From the NCBI GenBank assembly GCA_964510925.1, contig CAZEDS010000003.1:19281-83280 (forward strand): 64,000 nt of DNA, in the 5' to 3' direction. Positions 9,898-21,600 of this stretch are shown one piece after another. A program made the position numbers and the translations under genes. Below the pieces are notes generated by a model. It saw nothing but the letters and a program-made list of their open reading frames with translations. It was not told the origin of the DNA and did not search any database. Each line of letters starts with the position of its first letter. The stretch's first letter is position 1. This DNA comes from an uncultured Candidatus Saccharibacteria bacterium (GTDB taxonomy: Bacteria; Patescibacteriota; WWE3; 2-01-FULL-39-13).

Positions 9898-11601
9898 CTA
9901 TTTGCTGAAATTCGGAATCCAAAGATCTTTTGCTTCAAGCCAACCTTTTTTGCCCATATCCAAGCCATATTTCATATTCGCAAGTTCATCAATATGGTGA
10001 GCATCCGTATTAATGGCAATTTTGCAACCATGCTTAGTAGCTTCTTTAATTAGCTCCCAAGATAAATCTAATCTAGATGGATGCGAATTAATTTCCATAG
10101 CAACACCATGATCTGCTGCGGCTTTAAAGACTTCGGCATAATCAAATTCATATCCAGGGCGCTGATTTATTAGGCGATTTCTAGGATGTGCAATTAACGA
10201 TGTTAATGGATTTTCAATAGCCTTTATCAATCTTTTGGTCATATCAGCTTTGCTCATTCCATTAGAAAAATGTGCAGACGCAATCACATAATCAAGCTGT
10301 TTTAACATCATAGGATCAAATTCAAGGTTTCCTTCTTTGTCGATCTCAACTTCAGCGGACGCTAATATTTTGATTGTTCCAATTTTGGCGTCCGCTGTTC
10401 TAATCGCTTTTAAATAAGCATCAAAACCTGACTCATCGATCGCATTTGCAATTTTAAGTTTTCCAAAATGATCCGAAATTCCCATAACTTTGTAACCACG
10501 TTCTGTGCACGCTTGTGCCATTTCTTCAATAGAAAACGCACCATCACTATTTGTTGTGTGCATATGAAAATCACCAACAATATCTTTTTGTTCAATCAGC
10601 TTTGGAAGTTTATTTGCGATTGAAGCTTCGATTTCTCCTGAGTTTTCCCTTAATAATGGATCTATATAATGGCCAAGAATTTTTTCATAAATTTTTTCTT
10701 CACTTTTGCTTTCAATCATTTTTTCAGAATCACGTTCAACCAATCCATATTCTGATAATTTGTAACCTTTTTCGATTGCGATTTGCCTGAGCTTTACGTT
10801 GTGTTCTTTGCTTCCTGTAAAATATTGTAGGGCAGAGCCAAATAGATCTATATCTAAAAGCCTTATATCAACCTGCATTTTTGATTTTAGCCAAACTGAA
10901 TTTTTTGTTTCACCTTGACCAAGAATTTTTTCTACTCCTGAATAATTTACAAAATACTCTGAGGTTTTTTCAGGATTTTCTGAGGAAATTAATATATCAA
11001 TATCGCCAATGGTCTCTGCTTTTCGTCTGTAAGATCCAACGACTTCCATTTTTTTTATGTTTGAATCTAATTTTAAATAGGCGAGAAGCTGCTCAATTTC
11101 TCGTTCAGCTTGTCCTAGTGTTACTCGATCCTTGTTTTTTATTGAAAATTGTATGCTTTCTAAAATTTTTGTCTGCTTTTTCTCGCCAAAACTATCAAGT
11201 CCAGAAATTAAATTTTGTTCAGCAGCTTTTTTGAGCGAATCTAAATCAGTTATACCGAGTTCGTTATAAAGTTTTAAAATTGTCTTAGGTCCAATGCCTT
11301 GAACTTTTAACAATTCTTCAAGATTTACAGGACTTTGAGATTTCATATCTTCGTAGTCATTAATTTTATTTGTTTTAACAAACTCTAAAATTAAATCAGC
11401 AATTTTTGCGCCAATACCTTCAAGTGCCACTAATTTTTTATGATCTTGCCATTCAGGCTCAGCCAAATCAAAAGGCAACTTGCTTACTATCTCTGAAGCT
11501 TTTTTAAAAGCACGTGCTCTAAAAAAAGCATTCTTTTCAGATGACATTTCGCAATATGCGCCCATATTTATAAATATTTGTGAAAGCTGATCATTAATCA
11601 T
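9898..11601 (-). CDS. polX: DNA polymerase X with PHP domain
   Basis: HhH motifs, GSYRR, GDIDIL, YFTGSK; PHP motifs DFHMHT, SDH, NTDAH. Confidence 0.95.
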   Translation of the reverse strand: MINDQLSQIFINMGAYCEMSSEKNAFFRARAFKKASEIVSKLPFDLAEPEWQDHKKLVALEGIGAKIADLILEFVKTNKINDYEDMKSQSPVNLEELLKVQGIGPKTILKLYNELGITDLDSLKKAAEQNLISGLDSFGEKKQTKILESIQFSIKNKDRVTLGQAEREIEQLLAYLKLDSNIKKMEVVGSYRRKAETIGDIDILISSENPEKTSEYFVNYSGVEKILGQGETKNSVWLKSKMQVDIRLLDIDLFGSALQYFTGSKEHNVKLRQIAIEKGYKLSEYGLVERDSEKMIESKSEEKIYEKILGHYIDPLLRENSGEIEASIANKLPKLIEQKDIVGDFHMHTTNSDGAFSIEEMAQACTERGYKVMGISDHFGKLKIANAIDESGFDAYLKAIRTADAKIGTIKILASAEVEIDKEGNLEFDPMMLKQLDYVIASAHFSNGMSKADMTKRLIKAIENPLTSLIAHPRNRLINQRPGYEFDYAEVFKAAADHGVAMEINSHPSRLDLSWELIKEATKHGCKIAINTDAHHIDELANMKYGLDMGKKGWLEAKDLWIPNFSK

Positions 11602-11725
11602 AAATAAATCCGAACTAAATCAACGATTTAATAACTACCATTAATCCCAATAGTAGCATTGCTTTTTGAGATTTGGTAATTCTATATAGAATATTTGTCC
11701 AGCCATTGCATAGACCTATAGTTGT

Positions 11726-11753
11726 TTGACTTTTTGTATAAATTTGCTATATT
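11726..11753 (+). promoter_or_regulatory. Sigma70-type promoter for the small peptide gene
   Basis: TTGACT-16 nt-TATATT with extended -10 TG. Confidence 0.55.
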
Positions 11754-11826
11754 TATGCGCAAGTTGCACGAAAGTAACAACAAATGCGTTGTTACGCGGG
11801 TAACTAAATGATCCTGGGAGGGAGCC

Positions 11827-11955
11827 ATGAGATTTAAGATGTTTTTCCTATTCATCGTTTTGGTGATACTTTTGATTCCAGCGATGGCATGTGTCGACTT
11901 GTCCGACGACAGATGGGTGCCGGGAGGTGCACCAATCTGTGAGGTTTGCCCATAA
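11827..11955 (+). CDS. 42-aa secreted/lipoprotein-like Cys-containing peptide (below ORF-track cutoff)
   Basis: GGAGGGAG SD before ATG; MRFKMFFLFIVLVILLIPAMACVDLSDDRWVPGGAPICEVCP; own promoter and terminator. Confidence 0.7.
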   Translation: MRFKMFFLFIVLVILLIPAMACVDLSDDRWVPGGAPICEVCP

Positions 11956-11967
11956 GGCAAACCTCAG

Positions 11968-12036
11968 CAGGAGGGGATTCCTTTCATTTCGCCTTTTTGG
12001 CAAAATGTTTGTGAATCCTCTCCTGTGTACTTTTTT
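11968..12036 (+). terminator. Long hairpin plus U-tract after the peptide gene, convergent with dnaJ
   Basis: CAGGAGGGGATTC...GAATCCTCTCCTG followed by TTTTTT. Confidence 0.6.
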
Positions 12037-12073
12037 AGAATTTTCCAATTTATTAATTTTATTGAAGTTTAGA

Positions 12074-12988
12074 TCAAAACAGGTCTTCTAAGGCAGATTT
12101 TTGAGTGCGTGTGAGTTTTTTAGGAATCTCAACCTTTAATGTTACATAATGATCGCCACGACCATAACCTTTTGGATGGGGCATTCCGTAACCTTTTATT
12201 TTAAATTGCGTGTTTGGTTGAGTTCCTTCAGGGATTTTTAGATCTTTTTCTGAAAATCCTGTGTCAGATTTTGGATCAACAACTTTGATTTTTACTTTTC
12301 CACCTAAAATTGCATCTTTAACGCTAATATTAGAAATTGAATGGATATCAAAGCCATCTCTTACAAATTCTTTGTGATCTTTTACTGAAATAACAATAAA
12401 AAGGTCGCCATTAGGCATGTCTTTTGGACCTTTTTCGCCGTAGCCCTCAAATTTTACTTTTGTACCTTCGACAACACCTGAAGGGAGTTTAATTTTTAGA
12501 TTTTTTCCATTTACGCTAATCGTTTGCTCAACTCCTTTAATAGAATCAACAAATTCAATCTGCAAACCATAAGTTAAATCACGACCTTTGCGTTGTTTTG
12601 AAAAACCTCTAAATCCAAAAATTTCTTCAAAAATATCAGAAGGATCAATATTATCGAAATCACTTGAGTTAAAGCCGTTTGATGAACTCCATTGGTAATA
12701 ACTGCCGTTTCTTTGGCCACCAAATGGATTGCCTGCTCCTGCATTTTGGCTATAGCCGCCACCTTTATTAAAGGCTGCTGAACCAAATTGATCATATTGC
12801 TGACGTTTTTCTTTATCACCTAGAACTTGATAGGCTTCGTTAATTTCTTTGAATTTTTCTTCTGCATTTGGTTTTGATTTAGCTACATCTGGATGCCATT
12901 CTCTTGCGAGTTTTCTATAGGCACTTTTTATTTCTGCTTCAGTTGCAGTTTTGTTTACTCCTAATGTTTGATAATAATCTTTAGACAT
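12074..12988 (-). CDS. dnaJ: DnaJ-class co-chaperone without zinc finger (type II/CbpA-like)
   Basis: J-domain KDYY...WHPD, G/F region, C-terminal domain, no CxxCxGxG. Start set at ATG 12988. Confidence 0.9.
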   Translation of the reverse strand: MSKDYYQTLGVNKTATEAEIKSAYRKLAREWHPDVAKSKPNAEEKFKEINEAYQVLGDKEKRQQYDQFGSAAFNKGGGYSQNAGAGNPFGGQRNGSYYQWSSSNGFNSSDFDNIDPSDIFEEIFGFRGFSKQRKGRDLTYGLQIEFVDSIKGVEQTISVNGKNLKIKLPSGVVEGTKVKFEGYGEKGPKDMPNGDLFIVISVKDHKEFVRDGFDIHSISNISVKDAILGGKVKIKVVDPKSDTGFSEKDLKIPEGTQPNTQFKIKGYGMPHPKGYGRGDHYVTLKVEIPKKLTRTQKSALEDLF

Positions 12989-13003
12989 TGTTAAAACCTC
13001 AAA

Positions 13004-13031
13004 CAAAAAGGGAGGGTGACCTCCCTTTTTG
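13004..13031. terminator. Intrinsic hairpin between dnaK and dnaJ
   Basis: CAAAAAGGGAGG-GTGA-CCTCCCTTTTTG perfect inverted repeat. Confidence 0.75.
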
Positions 13032-13059
13032 CTCAAAAAAATTCAAATATGTGATGAAC

Positions 13060-14967
13060 TTATTCTACAGTTCCTTCTACAACATCACCATCAGTTTTAG
13101 GATTTTGTCCCGACTGATTTTGATCATTTGGTGTAGCGCCTGAACCTTGTGGGTTTTCAGCATTCGGTTGTTGATACATTGCTGCACCAATTTCTTGAAT
13201 TAATTTGCTTAATTCATCAGTTTTTGATTGTATAGCATCAGGTTCTTGCGAAGTTTTTAAAGTTTCTTTTAGTTCTGCTATCAATTTTTCTGCTGATTCT
13301 TTTTTATCTGCTGCGACTTTATCGGCACCATCTTTTAGTGTTTTTTCTGCAGTATAAATTAAGTTTTCACCAGTATTTTTGACTTCAGCTAATTTTTTAC
13401 GCTTTAAATCTTCATCTTTATGTTTTTCGGCCTCTTGAACCATTCGCTTGATTTCGTCATCTGATAAACCAGTACTTCCTTGAATAGTTATTTTTTGAAC
13501 TTTGCCTGAAGCTTTATCCTTAGCAGAAACATTCAAAATTCCATTTGCATCAAGATCAAAAGTAACTTCGACTTGAGGAATACCTCTTGGAGCAGGTGGA
13601 ATCCCATCAAGAATAAATGTACCCAATGATTTATTATCAGCGGCCATTTCTCTTTCACCTTGTAATACATTAATTTGAACACTTGTTTGATTATCAGCTG
13701 CAGTGCTAAATGTTTCTGAAGCACTAGTTGGAATTGTAGTGTTTCTCTTAATTAATGGTGTCATTACCCCACCAAGTGTTTCTAAACCAAGCGTTAATGG
13801 CGTTACATCAAGCAATACCACGTCTTTGACATCGCCAGTCAAAACTCCGCCTTGAATTGCAGCACCAATAGCTACAACTTCATCAGGGTTAACTCCTTGA
13901 TGTGGGTCTTTACCAAATTTTGATTTAACTCGTTCTACAATTTTTGGTGTTCTTGTCATTCCACCAACTAAAACAACTTCGTTAATTTCAGAAGGTTGCA
14001 TTGAAGCATCCTTTAAAGATTGATCAACTGGGCCAAATGTACCTTCAATCAAATCTGAAACTAATTGTTCATATTTTGCACGTGTCAAAGTAATATCCAA
14101 ATGTTTTGGACCATTTTGATCCGCAGTAATAAATGGAATATTAATTTGCGTGGTATCAACATTACTTAACTCAATTTTGGCTTTTTCAGCTGAATCCTTT
14201 AGACGCTGCATAGCTTGTTTATCTTGAGTAATATCGATTCCATTTTCTTTTTTGAATTCGCTTGCGAGCCAATCAATGATTCGTTTATCAAAATCATCTC
14301 CTCCTAATAAGGTGTTACCGTTTGTAGATTTAACTTCAAAAACTCCGTCTCCAATTTCTAGAACAGAAATATCAAATGTACCTCCGCCCAAATCATATAC
14401 GGCAATTTTTTCATTAGATTTTTTATCTAATCCATAAGCGAGAGAAGCAGCCGTTGGTTCATTGACGATTCTTTCAACTTCAAAACCAGCGATTTTACCT
14501 GCTTCTTTTGTTGCATTACGTTGTGCATCATTAAAATATGCAGGTACAGTAATTACAGCTTTTGAAATTGGCTGACCAATAAATTTTTCAGCATCAACTT
14601 TGAGTTTCATTAAAACTCGAGCTGAAATTTCCTGTGGTGTGTAGTCTTTTCCTTCGACTTCAACAACAGCCATTCCATTTGCACCAGCTTTAATGGTGTA
14701 GGGGACTTCTGTTTTGATTTTTTGAACTTCGGCATCGCTGAACTTTCGACCCATAATACTTTTTACAGAATAAATTGTATTTTTTGGGTTTATTACAGCT
14801 TGTCGTTTTGCAGCTTTACCAACTACAAATGTTCCATTTGAAATAGTTACTACTGAAGGTGTTGTACGATCTCCTTCGGCATTAGGCACGATTACTGGCT
14901 TACCACCTTCCATGAAAGCCATTGCGCTGTTTGTTGTACCGAGGTCAATTCCTAATATTTTTGACAT
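13060..14967 (-). CDS. dnaK: Chaperone DnaK
   Basis: [25 protein letters not shown]. Confidence 0.99.
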   Translation of the reverse strand: MSKILGIDLGTTNSAMAFMEGGKPVIVPNAEGDRTTPSVVTISNGTFVVGKAAKRQAVINPKNTIYSVKSIMGRKFSDAEVQKIKTEVPYTIKAGANGMAVVEVEGKDYTPQEISARVLMKLKVDAEKFIGQPISKAVITVPAYFNDAQRNATKEAGKIAGFEVERIVNEPTAASLAYGLDKKSNEKIAVYDLGGGTFDISVLEIGDGVFEVKSTNGNTLLGGDDFDKRIIDWLASEFKKENGIDITQDKQAMQRLKDSAEKAKIELSNVDTTQINIPFITADQNGPKHLDITLTRAKYEQLVSDLIEGTFGPVDQSLKDASMQPSEINEVVLVGGMTRTPKIVERVKSKFGKDPHQGVNPDEVVAIGAAIQGGVLTGDVKDVVLLDVTPLTLGLETLGGVMTPLIKRNTTIPTSASETFSTAADNQTSVQINVLQGEREMAADNKSLGTFILDGIPPAPRGIPQVEVTFDLDANGILNVSAKDKASGKVQKITIQGSTGLSDDEIKRMVQEAEKHKDEDLKRKKLAEVKNTGENLIYTAEKTLKDGADKVAADKKESAEKLIAELKETLKTSQEPDAIQSKTDELSKLIQEIGAAMYQQPNAENPQGSGATPNDQNQSGQNPKTDGDVVEGTVE

Positions 14968-14997
14968 ATTTTTAAAATTAAATATTTAAACTAACTG

Positions 14998-15471
14998 TTA
15001 ACTTTTTGAACTTTTATTTCCATTACCAACGGATACCATTGCTGGTCTTAGTAACTTATCGTTTAATTTATATCCTTTTCGATAAGTTTTAATGACTTTA
15101 TCTTTTTCTCCATCTACGGTCTCAATTGCTTCATGTAGATCTGCCTCAAAACTTGCATCCTCTGTTTTAATTTCTTCGACTCCTTCAGACTTTAAAATCT
15201 TTTTAAGCTTTTCAACTATTGATCTAAGCCCAGCATCATCAATGTGCGCGACGCAATTTTCAAGATCATCCAAAACTTCAACTATTTTTTTTAACAAACC
15301 TTCAGAAGCAAAAGCAATAAAATTTGCACGTTCTTCGTTAGTTCTGCGTTGCAAGTTTTGATAATCTGCCACCGAACGTAAAAACCTTTCTTCTAATGTT
15401 TTGATTTGTTCATCTTTTGGATCGACAACATTGTCTTGATCCTGATTAATATCATCTGTGTCTTTTTTCAT
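14998..15471 (-). CDS. grpE: Nucleotide exchange factor GrpE
   Basis: ADYQNLQRR, HEAI, GYKLNDKLLRPAMVSV; lies between hrcA and dnaK. Confidence 0.95.
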   Translation of the reverse strand: MKKDTDDINQDQDNVVDPKDEQIKTLEERFLRSVADYQNLQRRTNEERANFIAFASEGLLKKIVEVLDDLENCVAHIDDAGLRSIVEKLKKILKSEGVEEIKTEDASFEADLHEAIETVDGEKDKVIKTYRKGYKLNDKLLRPAMVSVGNGNKSSKS

Positions 15472-15478
15472 ATTTTTA

Positions 15479-16207
15479 TTAACTATTTGACTCAAAAATG
15501 CTTTCGATAGTTTGTGTTAAATACCTTACAAGCGGAATATCTTTATAATATTTTGTTCTTGCAGGTGCAATTAGGCCTAAATAACAATTTGTACTCCCTA
15601 AAGCGGCCTTACTAAAAATAATCGAAATATTTTCCATATTAGGTAATCCAATCTCATTACCAACCATGACTGATACATCGTCATCCATCTCATGGTTTTT
15701 TACGATTTCGATTAGTTTGTCACCATCATCAATTAGTCTAAAAACAGCTTTTGTAACATCCATTTCATAAAATTCAGGTAAATTTAGAATTTTAGAAACT
15801 CCAGAAAAAGTTGTAAATCCATTTTCAGACAAACCAAAGGCTAAATAATTGGTTGACTGACATAATGCTGAAACCGCATCTTTTAAAAGTGCAAAATACT
15901 CCTTTTGGTTATCATTGATTTTACTTTTGATTTCCATCTCTTCAACCAATGAAACAGGCTCCTCAATCATCAAATCATCAATATAGTAACGATAGGCGAG
16001 GTAAGTAGGCTTTCTTCCGCTTGAAACATGAACCATGCTTAAATAACCATTACGCACTAAATCAGCCATAACATTACGAACAGTTGCCCCGCTTAAGGGT
16101 AACTGTCTTCGCTCAACCAACTCTACGGAGGCAATTGGTGAAGCACTGTCCATATATTCTTCAATTATTGCCTTTAAAATTTCAGCTTGTCTCGAAGTTA
16201 ATATCAT
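15479..16207 (-). CDS. hrcA: Heat-inducible repressor HrcA (short form)
   Basis: RQAEILKAIIEEY, SGATVRNVMADL, HVSSGRKPT; operon position. Confidence 0.93.
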   Translation of the reverse strand: MILTSRQAEILKAIIEEYMDSASPIASVELVERRQLPLSGATVRNVMADLVRNGYLSMVHVSSGRKPTYLAYRYYIDDLMIEEPVSLVEEMEIKSKINDNQKEYFALLKDAVSALCQSTNYLAFGLSENGFTTFSGVSKILNLPEFYEMDVTKAVFRLIDDGDKLIEIVKNHEMDDDVSVMVGNEIGLPNMENISIIFSKAALGSTNCYLGLIAPARTKYYKDIPLVRYLTQTIESIFESNS

Positions 16208-16256
16208 AAGTTATGGTATGCTGTTTTCATTAATTACAGAATTAATTTAATTCCGT

Positions 16257-16283
16257 TTATCAATATGCTAACCCGAGTGACAA
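16257..16283 (-). promoter_or_regulatory. Degenerate CIRCE element
   Basis: Minus strand TTGTCACTC-N9-TATTGATAA versus consensus TTAGCACTC-N9-GAGTGCTAA, about 50 nt upstream of hrcA. Confidence 0.55.
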
Positions 16284-17119
16284 AAGTCGTCAATGAGGAA
16301 AAATCCTTCTTGAATCATCAAGATCAATCCCGTGACATAAGCCAAAATCGACCTTATCCTATCAAAAGTCTTGGTCAAAATTATCTACAAAATAGGGCTG
16401 TGATAAGCCAAATAGTAGCAAAGTTGGAACTTAAGGATTCAGATAATCTTTTAGAGATTGGGCCAGGTCCAGGAGCTTTTACTAGTCTAATAAGCCAAAA
16501 TAAATTTAATAAATATTTTTTAGTCGAAATCGATGAACGATTTAATGGAAATCTGTCAAAAATACTTGAAAAGAACTCGCTACATTACGACATTATCAAC
16601 CAAAACTTTCTAGATTACGATTTAACAACATTAACAAAAGAAATTTCTCCATTAATTGTATTTGGGGCAATTCCATATAATATTACCTCGCCAATTTTGC
16701 ACACAATTTTAAAACTAAACATTCGGCCAAAGGTTGTTGTTTTAGTTGTCCAAAAGGAGTTTGCTGAAAAATTACTAAGTCAGAATCCAAGAGCTAATTA
16801 TTGGACATATGCAACCTTAGGTTATTCAATTAGCAAAATAGTAACAATAAAAGCTCAAGATTTTTATCCAGTGCCAAAAGTCGATAGCATGGCTATAAAA
16901 ATGGTGTTAGATCCAACTCAAGATGATTTACTACAAAAGATTGGATTCAGAAAATGGGAAAAATTTCTTCATCACATATACAAAAATCCAAGAAAAATGA
17001 TTAACAAAGTTTTTGATAAAGAAACACTAAACAAACTAGGAATTTCTCCAGACATCAGACCACAAAATTTGAGTTTGCAAGATATGATTAAATTATTAGA
17101 TAATTCAAACATTAAGTAA
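16265..17119 (+). CDS. rsmA: 16S rRNA dimethyltransferase
   Basis: KSLGQNYL, LEIGPGPG, IPYNITSPI, FYPVPKVDS. Confidence 0.95.
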   Translation: MLTRVTKVVNEEKSFLNHQDQSRDISQNRPYPIKSLGQNYLQNRAVISQIVAKLELKDSDNLLEIGPGPGAFTSLISQNKFNKYFLVEIDERFNGNLSKILEKNSLHYDIINQNFLDYDLTTLTKEISPLIVFGAIPYNITSPILHTILKLNIRPKVVVLVVQKEFAEKLLSQNPRANYWTYATLGYSISKIVTIKAQDFYPVPKVDSMAIKMVLDPTQDDLLQKIGFRKWEKFLHHIYKNPRKMINKVFDKETLNKLGISPDIRPQNLSLQDMIKLLDNSNIK

Positions 17120-18075
17120 TGGATATTAAAAATGTTAATCATATAGTTCAGTCTGCTGAATGGTCTGATTTTAAAACCGAATTTGGAACAAAAGCTATCA
17201 AAGTCCAAGATATAATATTTACTAAGCATAAAATCCCATTTTTACCTTTTTATGTTGGATATGCTCCAAGAGTAAATTTTTTCACACAAAAATTTGATCT
17301 TAATGAACTAAAAAAAGTTGCAAAGCAAGAAAAATGCATCGTAATTAGGTTTGATGTTCCAAATGTATTAGCATCTGATATTGAATCTGAAACAATCAAA
17401 TCACTTGTATCTCAATTTGCAATTTCACCAAAATCTACCTTTGCAAAACACAATGTTTTGATTGATCTTTCTGACGATTTATTAAAAATATCTGAAAAGT
17501 TTAACCAAAAGGCTAGATATAATATCAAACTCGCAGAAAAAAAAGGTGTAAAAGTTCAACAAATGAATAATGATGAAGGCCTAAAAATTTTTTACGAATT
17601 ACTAAAAGAAACAGGCAAACGTCAGAATTTCCTTCCTCATTCGTTTAAATATTACAAATTCGCATTTGAAAAATTAAGCAAAAATAATAATGCAACAATT
17701 TTAGTCGCAACCTATGAAAACATTCCACTTACAGCATGGATGTTATTTCATAAAGACGGTGTTCTATATTACCCATATGGAGCATCTTCAACTGAGCATA
17801 AAAATCTTATGGCTTCAGATTTAGTCGTTTGGGAAGCATTAAAGTTAGGCAAAGCAAATGGCTGCACCTTGTTTGATATGTGGGGTGCAACAAATGATGA
17901 GAAAAGTCCTTGGTGGGGATTTACTCAGTTCAAATTAAAATTTGGCGGAGCATTAGTTTCATATATTGAATCATATGATTTCGTAATAAATCCGGCCATT
18001 TATAACTTATTTAATATAGCTTACGCAGCATTTTGGAAAATTAGAAAAATCATTCTAAAGATTACTAAACATTAA
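17119..18075 (+). CDS. FemABX-family lipid II peptidyltransferase
   Basis: HIVQSAEW, RYNIKLAEKKGV, YYPYGAS, FDMWG, GFTQFKLKFGG. Confidence 0.9.
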   Translation: MDIKNVNHIVQSAEWSDFKTEFGTKAIKVQDIIFTKHKIPFLPFYVGYAPRVNFFTQKFDLNELKKVAKQEKCIVIRFDVPNVLASDIESETIKSLVSQFAISPKSTFAKHNVLIDLSDDLLKISEKFNQKARYNIKLAEKKGVKVQQMNNDEGLKIFYELLKETGKRQNFLPHSFKYYKFAFEKLSKNNNATILVATYENIPLTAWMLFHKDGVLYYPYGASSTEHKNLMASDLVVWEALKLGKANGCTLFDMWGATNDEKSPWWGFTQFKLKFGGALVSYIESYDFVINPAIYNLFNIAYAAFWKIRKIILKITKH

Positions 18076-18656
18076 ATTGATTCTTTTCCATACACATAGA
18101 TATTAATAAACTGATTAAATTTTCGGTGGAACAATTTCTCTATTTTTATTGGCTTTAAATCATCAATCTGAAATGCAGGTGTAACAATTAATAAATCAGG
18201 AGATATTGATAATGCTTGTATAATTTGTGGTTTTAATTTTTTCAATAAACTTGGTAATAAATACGCATAGGCAACATCATAATTTGAAAGATCAACTTCA
18301 AAAATCGATTTGCGATAAATTTTGATTTTATCTTTAGAACCATTCAAATAATTTTTAAAAACTGAAATTCTGTATGGCCATGGAGAAATTTCATAACCTT
18401 CAATAGATTCAGAATTAAAAAATTTATTTGCGATAAATAAAACTTTTCCATCTCCTGAGCCAAGATCAACAAATTTTGTAGTTGAATCTAAGCCACATAA
18501 TTTTAATGATTGAAAAATAACAATATCGTCATTTTTAATATATGGAGCACCTTTGATTGTGCTAAAAATTAGCGAGAACAACGCATAAAAAGTTAGTAAA
18601 ATTGTTACCAATAAAATTACCAATAATACGACAGCCAGTAGCAGGAAAAATGACAT
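18072..18656 (-). CDS. Membrane-anchored class I SAM methyltransferase
   Basis: N-terminal TM, GAPY, VDLGSGDGK, GYEISP. Confidence 0.85.
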   Translation of the reverse strand: MSFFLLLAVVLLVILLVTILLTFYALFSLIFSTIKGAPYIKNDDIVIFQSLKLCGLDSTTKFVDLGSGDGKVLFIANKFFNSESIEGYEISPWPYRISVFKNYLNGSKDKIKIYRKSIFEVDLSNYDVAYAYLLPSLLKKLKPQIIQALSISPDLLIVTPAFQIDDLKPIKIEKLFHRKFNQFINIYVYGKESI

Positions 18657-18672
18657 TTTTTTCTTTCTAACT

Positions 18673-21600
18673 CTAGATTAACGATAGTTGCTCATTACTC
18701 ATTTTTGATGGAATACCATCAGGCCAACAATGATGTTTAAAATCACAATTCTCACAAGTTGAATAGTCTTTGGTTCTATTAAAATTCAAATTCATCATAT
18801 TTGAATGAGCCTCGATTACAACTTTTTTGAATAAATCGATTTCATTTGAATCAAATGTAAAAACTTCACGCTTTGGTTTAGATTTTCTATTACCAATAAA
18901 ATCTAATGCAATTTCAGAAACTTTATACTGAAATGCAGCGTCTAAATCGATTATCAGTTTATAAAACATAATCTGCCTATATTCATCGCCTTTAGCAAAT
19001 GCTGTTTGTCCCATGATTTCGTTTCTGGATTTTGGATTTCCTGTTTTATAGTCGGTGATTTTTATAGTTTTTTCTTTTGGATCTAAAACTTCAATTTTAT
19101 CGATTTTACCTTGCAAATGAATGTTATTAAGCATTGGTTTGCTCCAACCATATCCAAAGAACTTTTCTAAAAAATAAAATTTTCCTTTGCTTTGTTCAAA
19201 CTCATCTCTATAGGTTTCATAATAAACTTTTAAAACCATTTCACCTTCAGCTAGGATTTCATTTTTTTCTTTATCATTAATAATCTCCTTATTTAGTGCT
19301 TTAATAAATTCGCCGTTCATAAACTCAAAAGTAGGAACCTGATTATCTTTTAAAAGCTTATAACACTCCTCTAAAGTCTTATGCACAGCAATTCCTAAAA
19401 TAAGAGCCTTTGTTTGAGCCTTTGGAGTTTTAAACAAAAATTGCAATTTAAATTTATATGGACAATCTAAGTAGGTATTAAGTGATGATGCTGATAATTT
19501 AAAATCTTTTAGAGCATCTTTCAAAAAAGCTCGTTCTTCATGAGTAAGAATCTTTTCCTGATAGTCATTTTTTAACATGTCCTTCATTATTTCTTGTGAA
19601 TTTTCTTCATATTCTGCGGCAGAAACCTCAGAAACCAATTCAGGAGATATCTCTTGAAGGAACATTGAATCAAGCGTTTCTTTGGCACTTTGATATGTTT
19701 TAGCAGAAGTTATATAAAGTGCTTTTTTCGCTCTGGTAAGTACAACAAAAAATAAACGTCGATCATCTTCTTCTTGATGATTCTTTTTTTGCTCAGGTGT
19801 TAACAAACTATTTGTCTCAAGAATATTGTTAGGAAGCTTTAATAGATCTCTCATGACAGAATTGCTCCATTTCTTATCAATAAATTGAGGCACAAATACA
19901 TATTCAAACTCTAAACCTTTAGATCTGTGTGCCGTAAGCAAATTTACAGCTTCATATTGAAGGTCATAACTTTCTTCATTAATACTGATTTTGTTCTCAT
20001 ACATTAAATCAATGTAATGTAAAAATTTGCTAAGAGTTAAATTTTTTTCAGTAGAATTTAAACGCTTAACTTCAGAAATAAATGAATTGATCTTCGAAAT
20101 AAGCAAGTAATTCTCTGGCTGCGAAATAACCCAATCTAAAAATCCTGACTTATTTAAAACTTTTTCAATAAATTCTATAAATGTAAGGTTAGCTGACTCC
20201 TTTTGCCAGTTTTCAATTTTTTCAATAAAGTCTTTTAGCTTTTTTTCAGAAGGCAAATTAATACTTGAAAAATCAGCATGCAAAATAGCCTCAAATAAAT
20301 TAATTTTCTTGCTTGATGCAAACCTAGAAAGTTTTAAAACATCTAATTGATCAAAATGCAAAAATTCATAATTCAATAATGTAAAAAGCTCAAGATCTTC
20401 ATCTGCTCGTGACATCTTGTCGATAACTTTTAACAAGTGTAAAAATCTAATAATTACACCTGATTTTAAAATGTTTTCGCCACCAACAATTTTGTATTTA
20501 ATATTAAATTTTGTAAGGACTTTTTTTATTTCTTCTGCATCAGCATTATTTCGATAAATAATTGCAATCTCTGATGGTTTAACCCGATTATTCAAAAGCT
20601 CATGAATCTGGTTTGCTATATAATAATTCTCTAAAAAATAAGTAGAGAATTTTGCATGATGTGTTTTTATTTTTTGATCACTGTTATTTTGATCAAATGA
20701 CTTTTGAACCTTTTCAATTTTTATTTGCTCTGAAATTCTTAGCTTGTTATTTTTTATAACACTTTGCGCCGTATCAATAATGTGTTGATTGCTTCTATAA
20801 TTTGTTTTAAGAACTATTATTTGTGTCTTTGGAAACTTATCATAAAAATTTATAATGTTTTCGATTGAAGCGCCCTGAAATCTATAAACAGATTGATCAT
20901 CATCACCAACGACAAATAAATTAGGATTATCAGCCCACTCGCCGTATGAATTAAGCAAATACAAAAGTTCAGCTTGTGCGGAATTTGTGTCTTGAAATTC
21001 ATCCACTAAAAAATATTGAAATTTTTCTTGATATCTTTTTAGAAAATCTGGAGAAGATTTAAATTTCTCGATCACAAAGTTAATCATGTCTTCAAAATCG
21101 TATCGTTTATACTTTTTTAGCTTTTCTAGATAAATTCTATAAATTTTTAATAGTTCATTGTTTTTATCTAAATCTTTTTCTTCTAGCTCTGAATCTTTTA
21201 TAATTTTTTCATACTCATCTGGATCTATGCTTTCTCTTTTTAAATCTTTAATTTTATCGATTGCTGTTTGCAAATAAAAATAGGGAGCATTAAAAGGTTT
21301 AATAATCTTTAAATCAAGTTCATCAAAAATTTCTTTAAAAATATAGATTCTTTCTAAATCTGATAATGGTTCAATTTGTGAAGAAGTAATAAATTCATCA
21401 GGATTTTCACGAATGATATCACTCGCAAATGAATGAAACGTATGAATATTTACGTAATATGCAGCTTTACCGGCAATTGAAACCAAACGCTCTTTCATTG
21501 CACGCACTCCTGATTCAGTAAAAGTTAATGCAAGTATTGCGTCTGGCGAAGTATCCGTTTGTATTAAAATATTTGCAATTCGCATTGAAAGAACTTGCGT

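Noticed and set aside
11682-12091. Track ORFs 11682-11960, 11848-12048 and 11891-12091, and a c-di-GMP-I riboswitch suggested by GGCAAAC
   Set aside because: The 42-aa ORF has the SD, signal peptide and promoter. GGCAAAC is one arm of a hairpin and the other riboswitch elements are missing.
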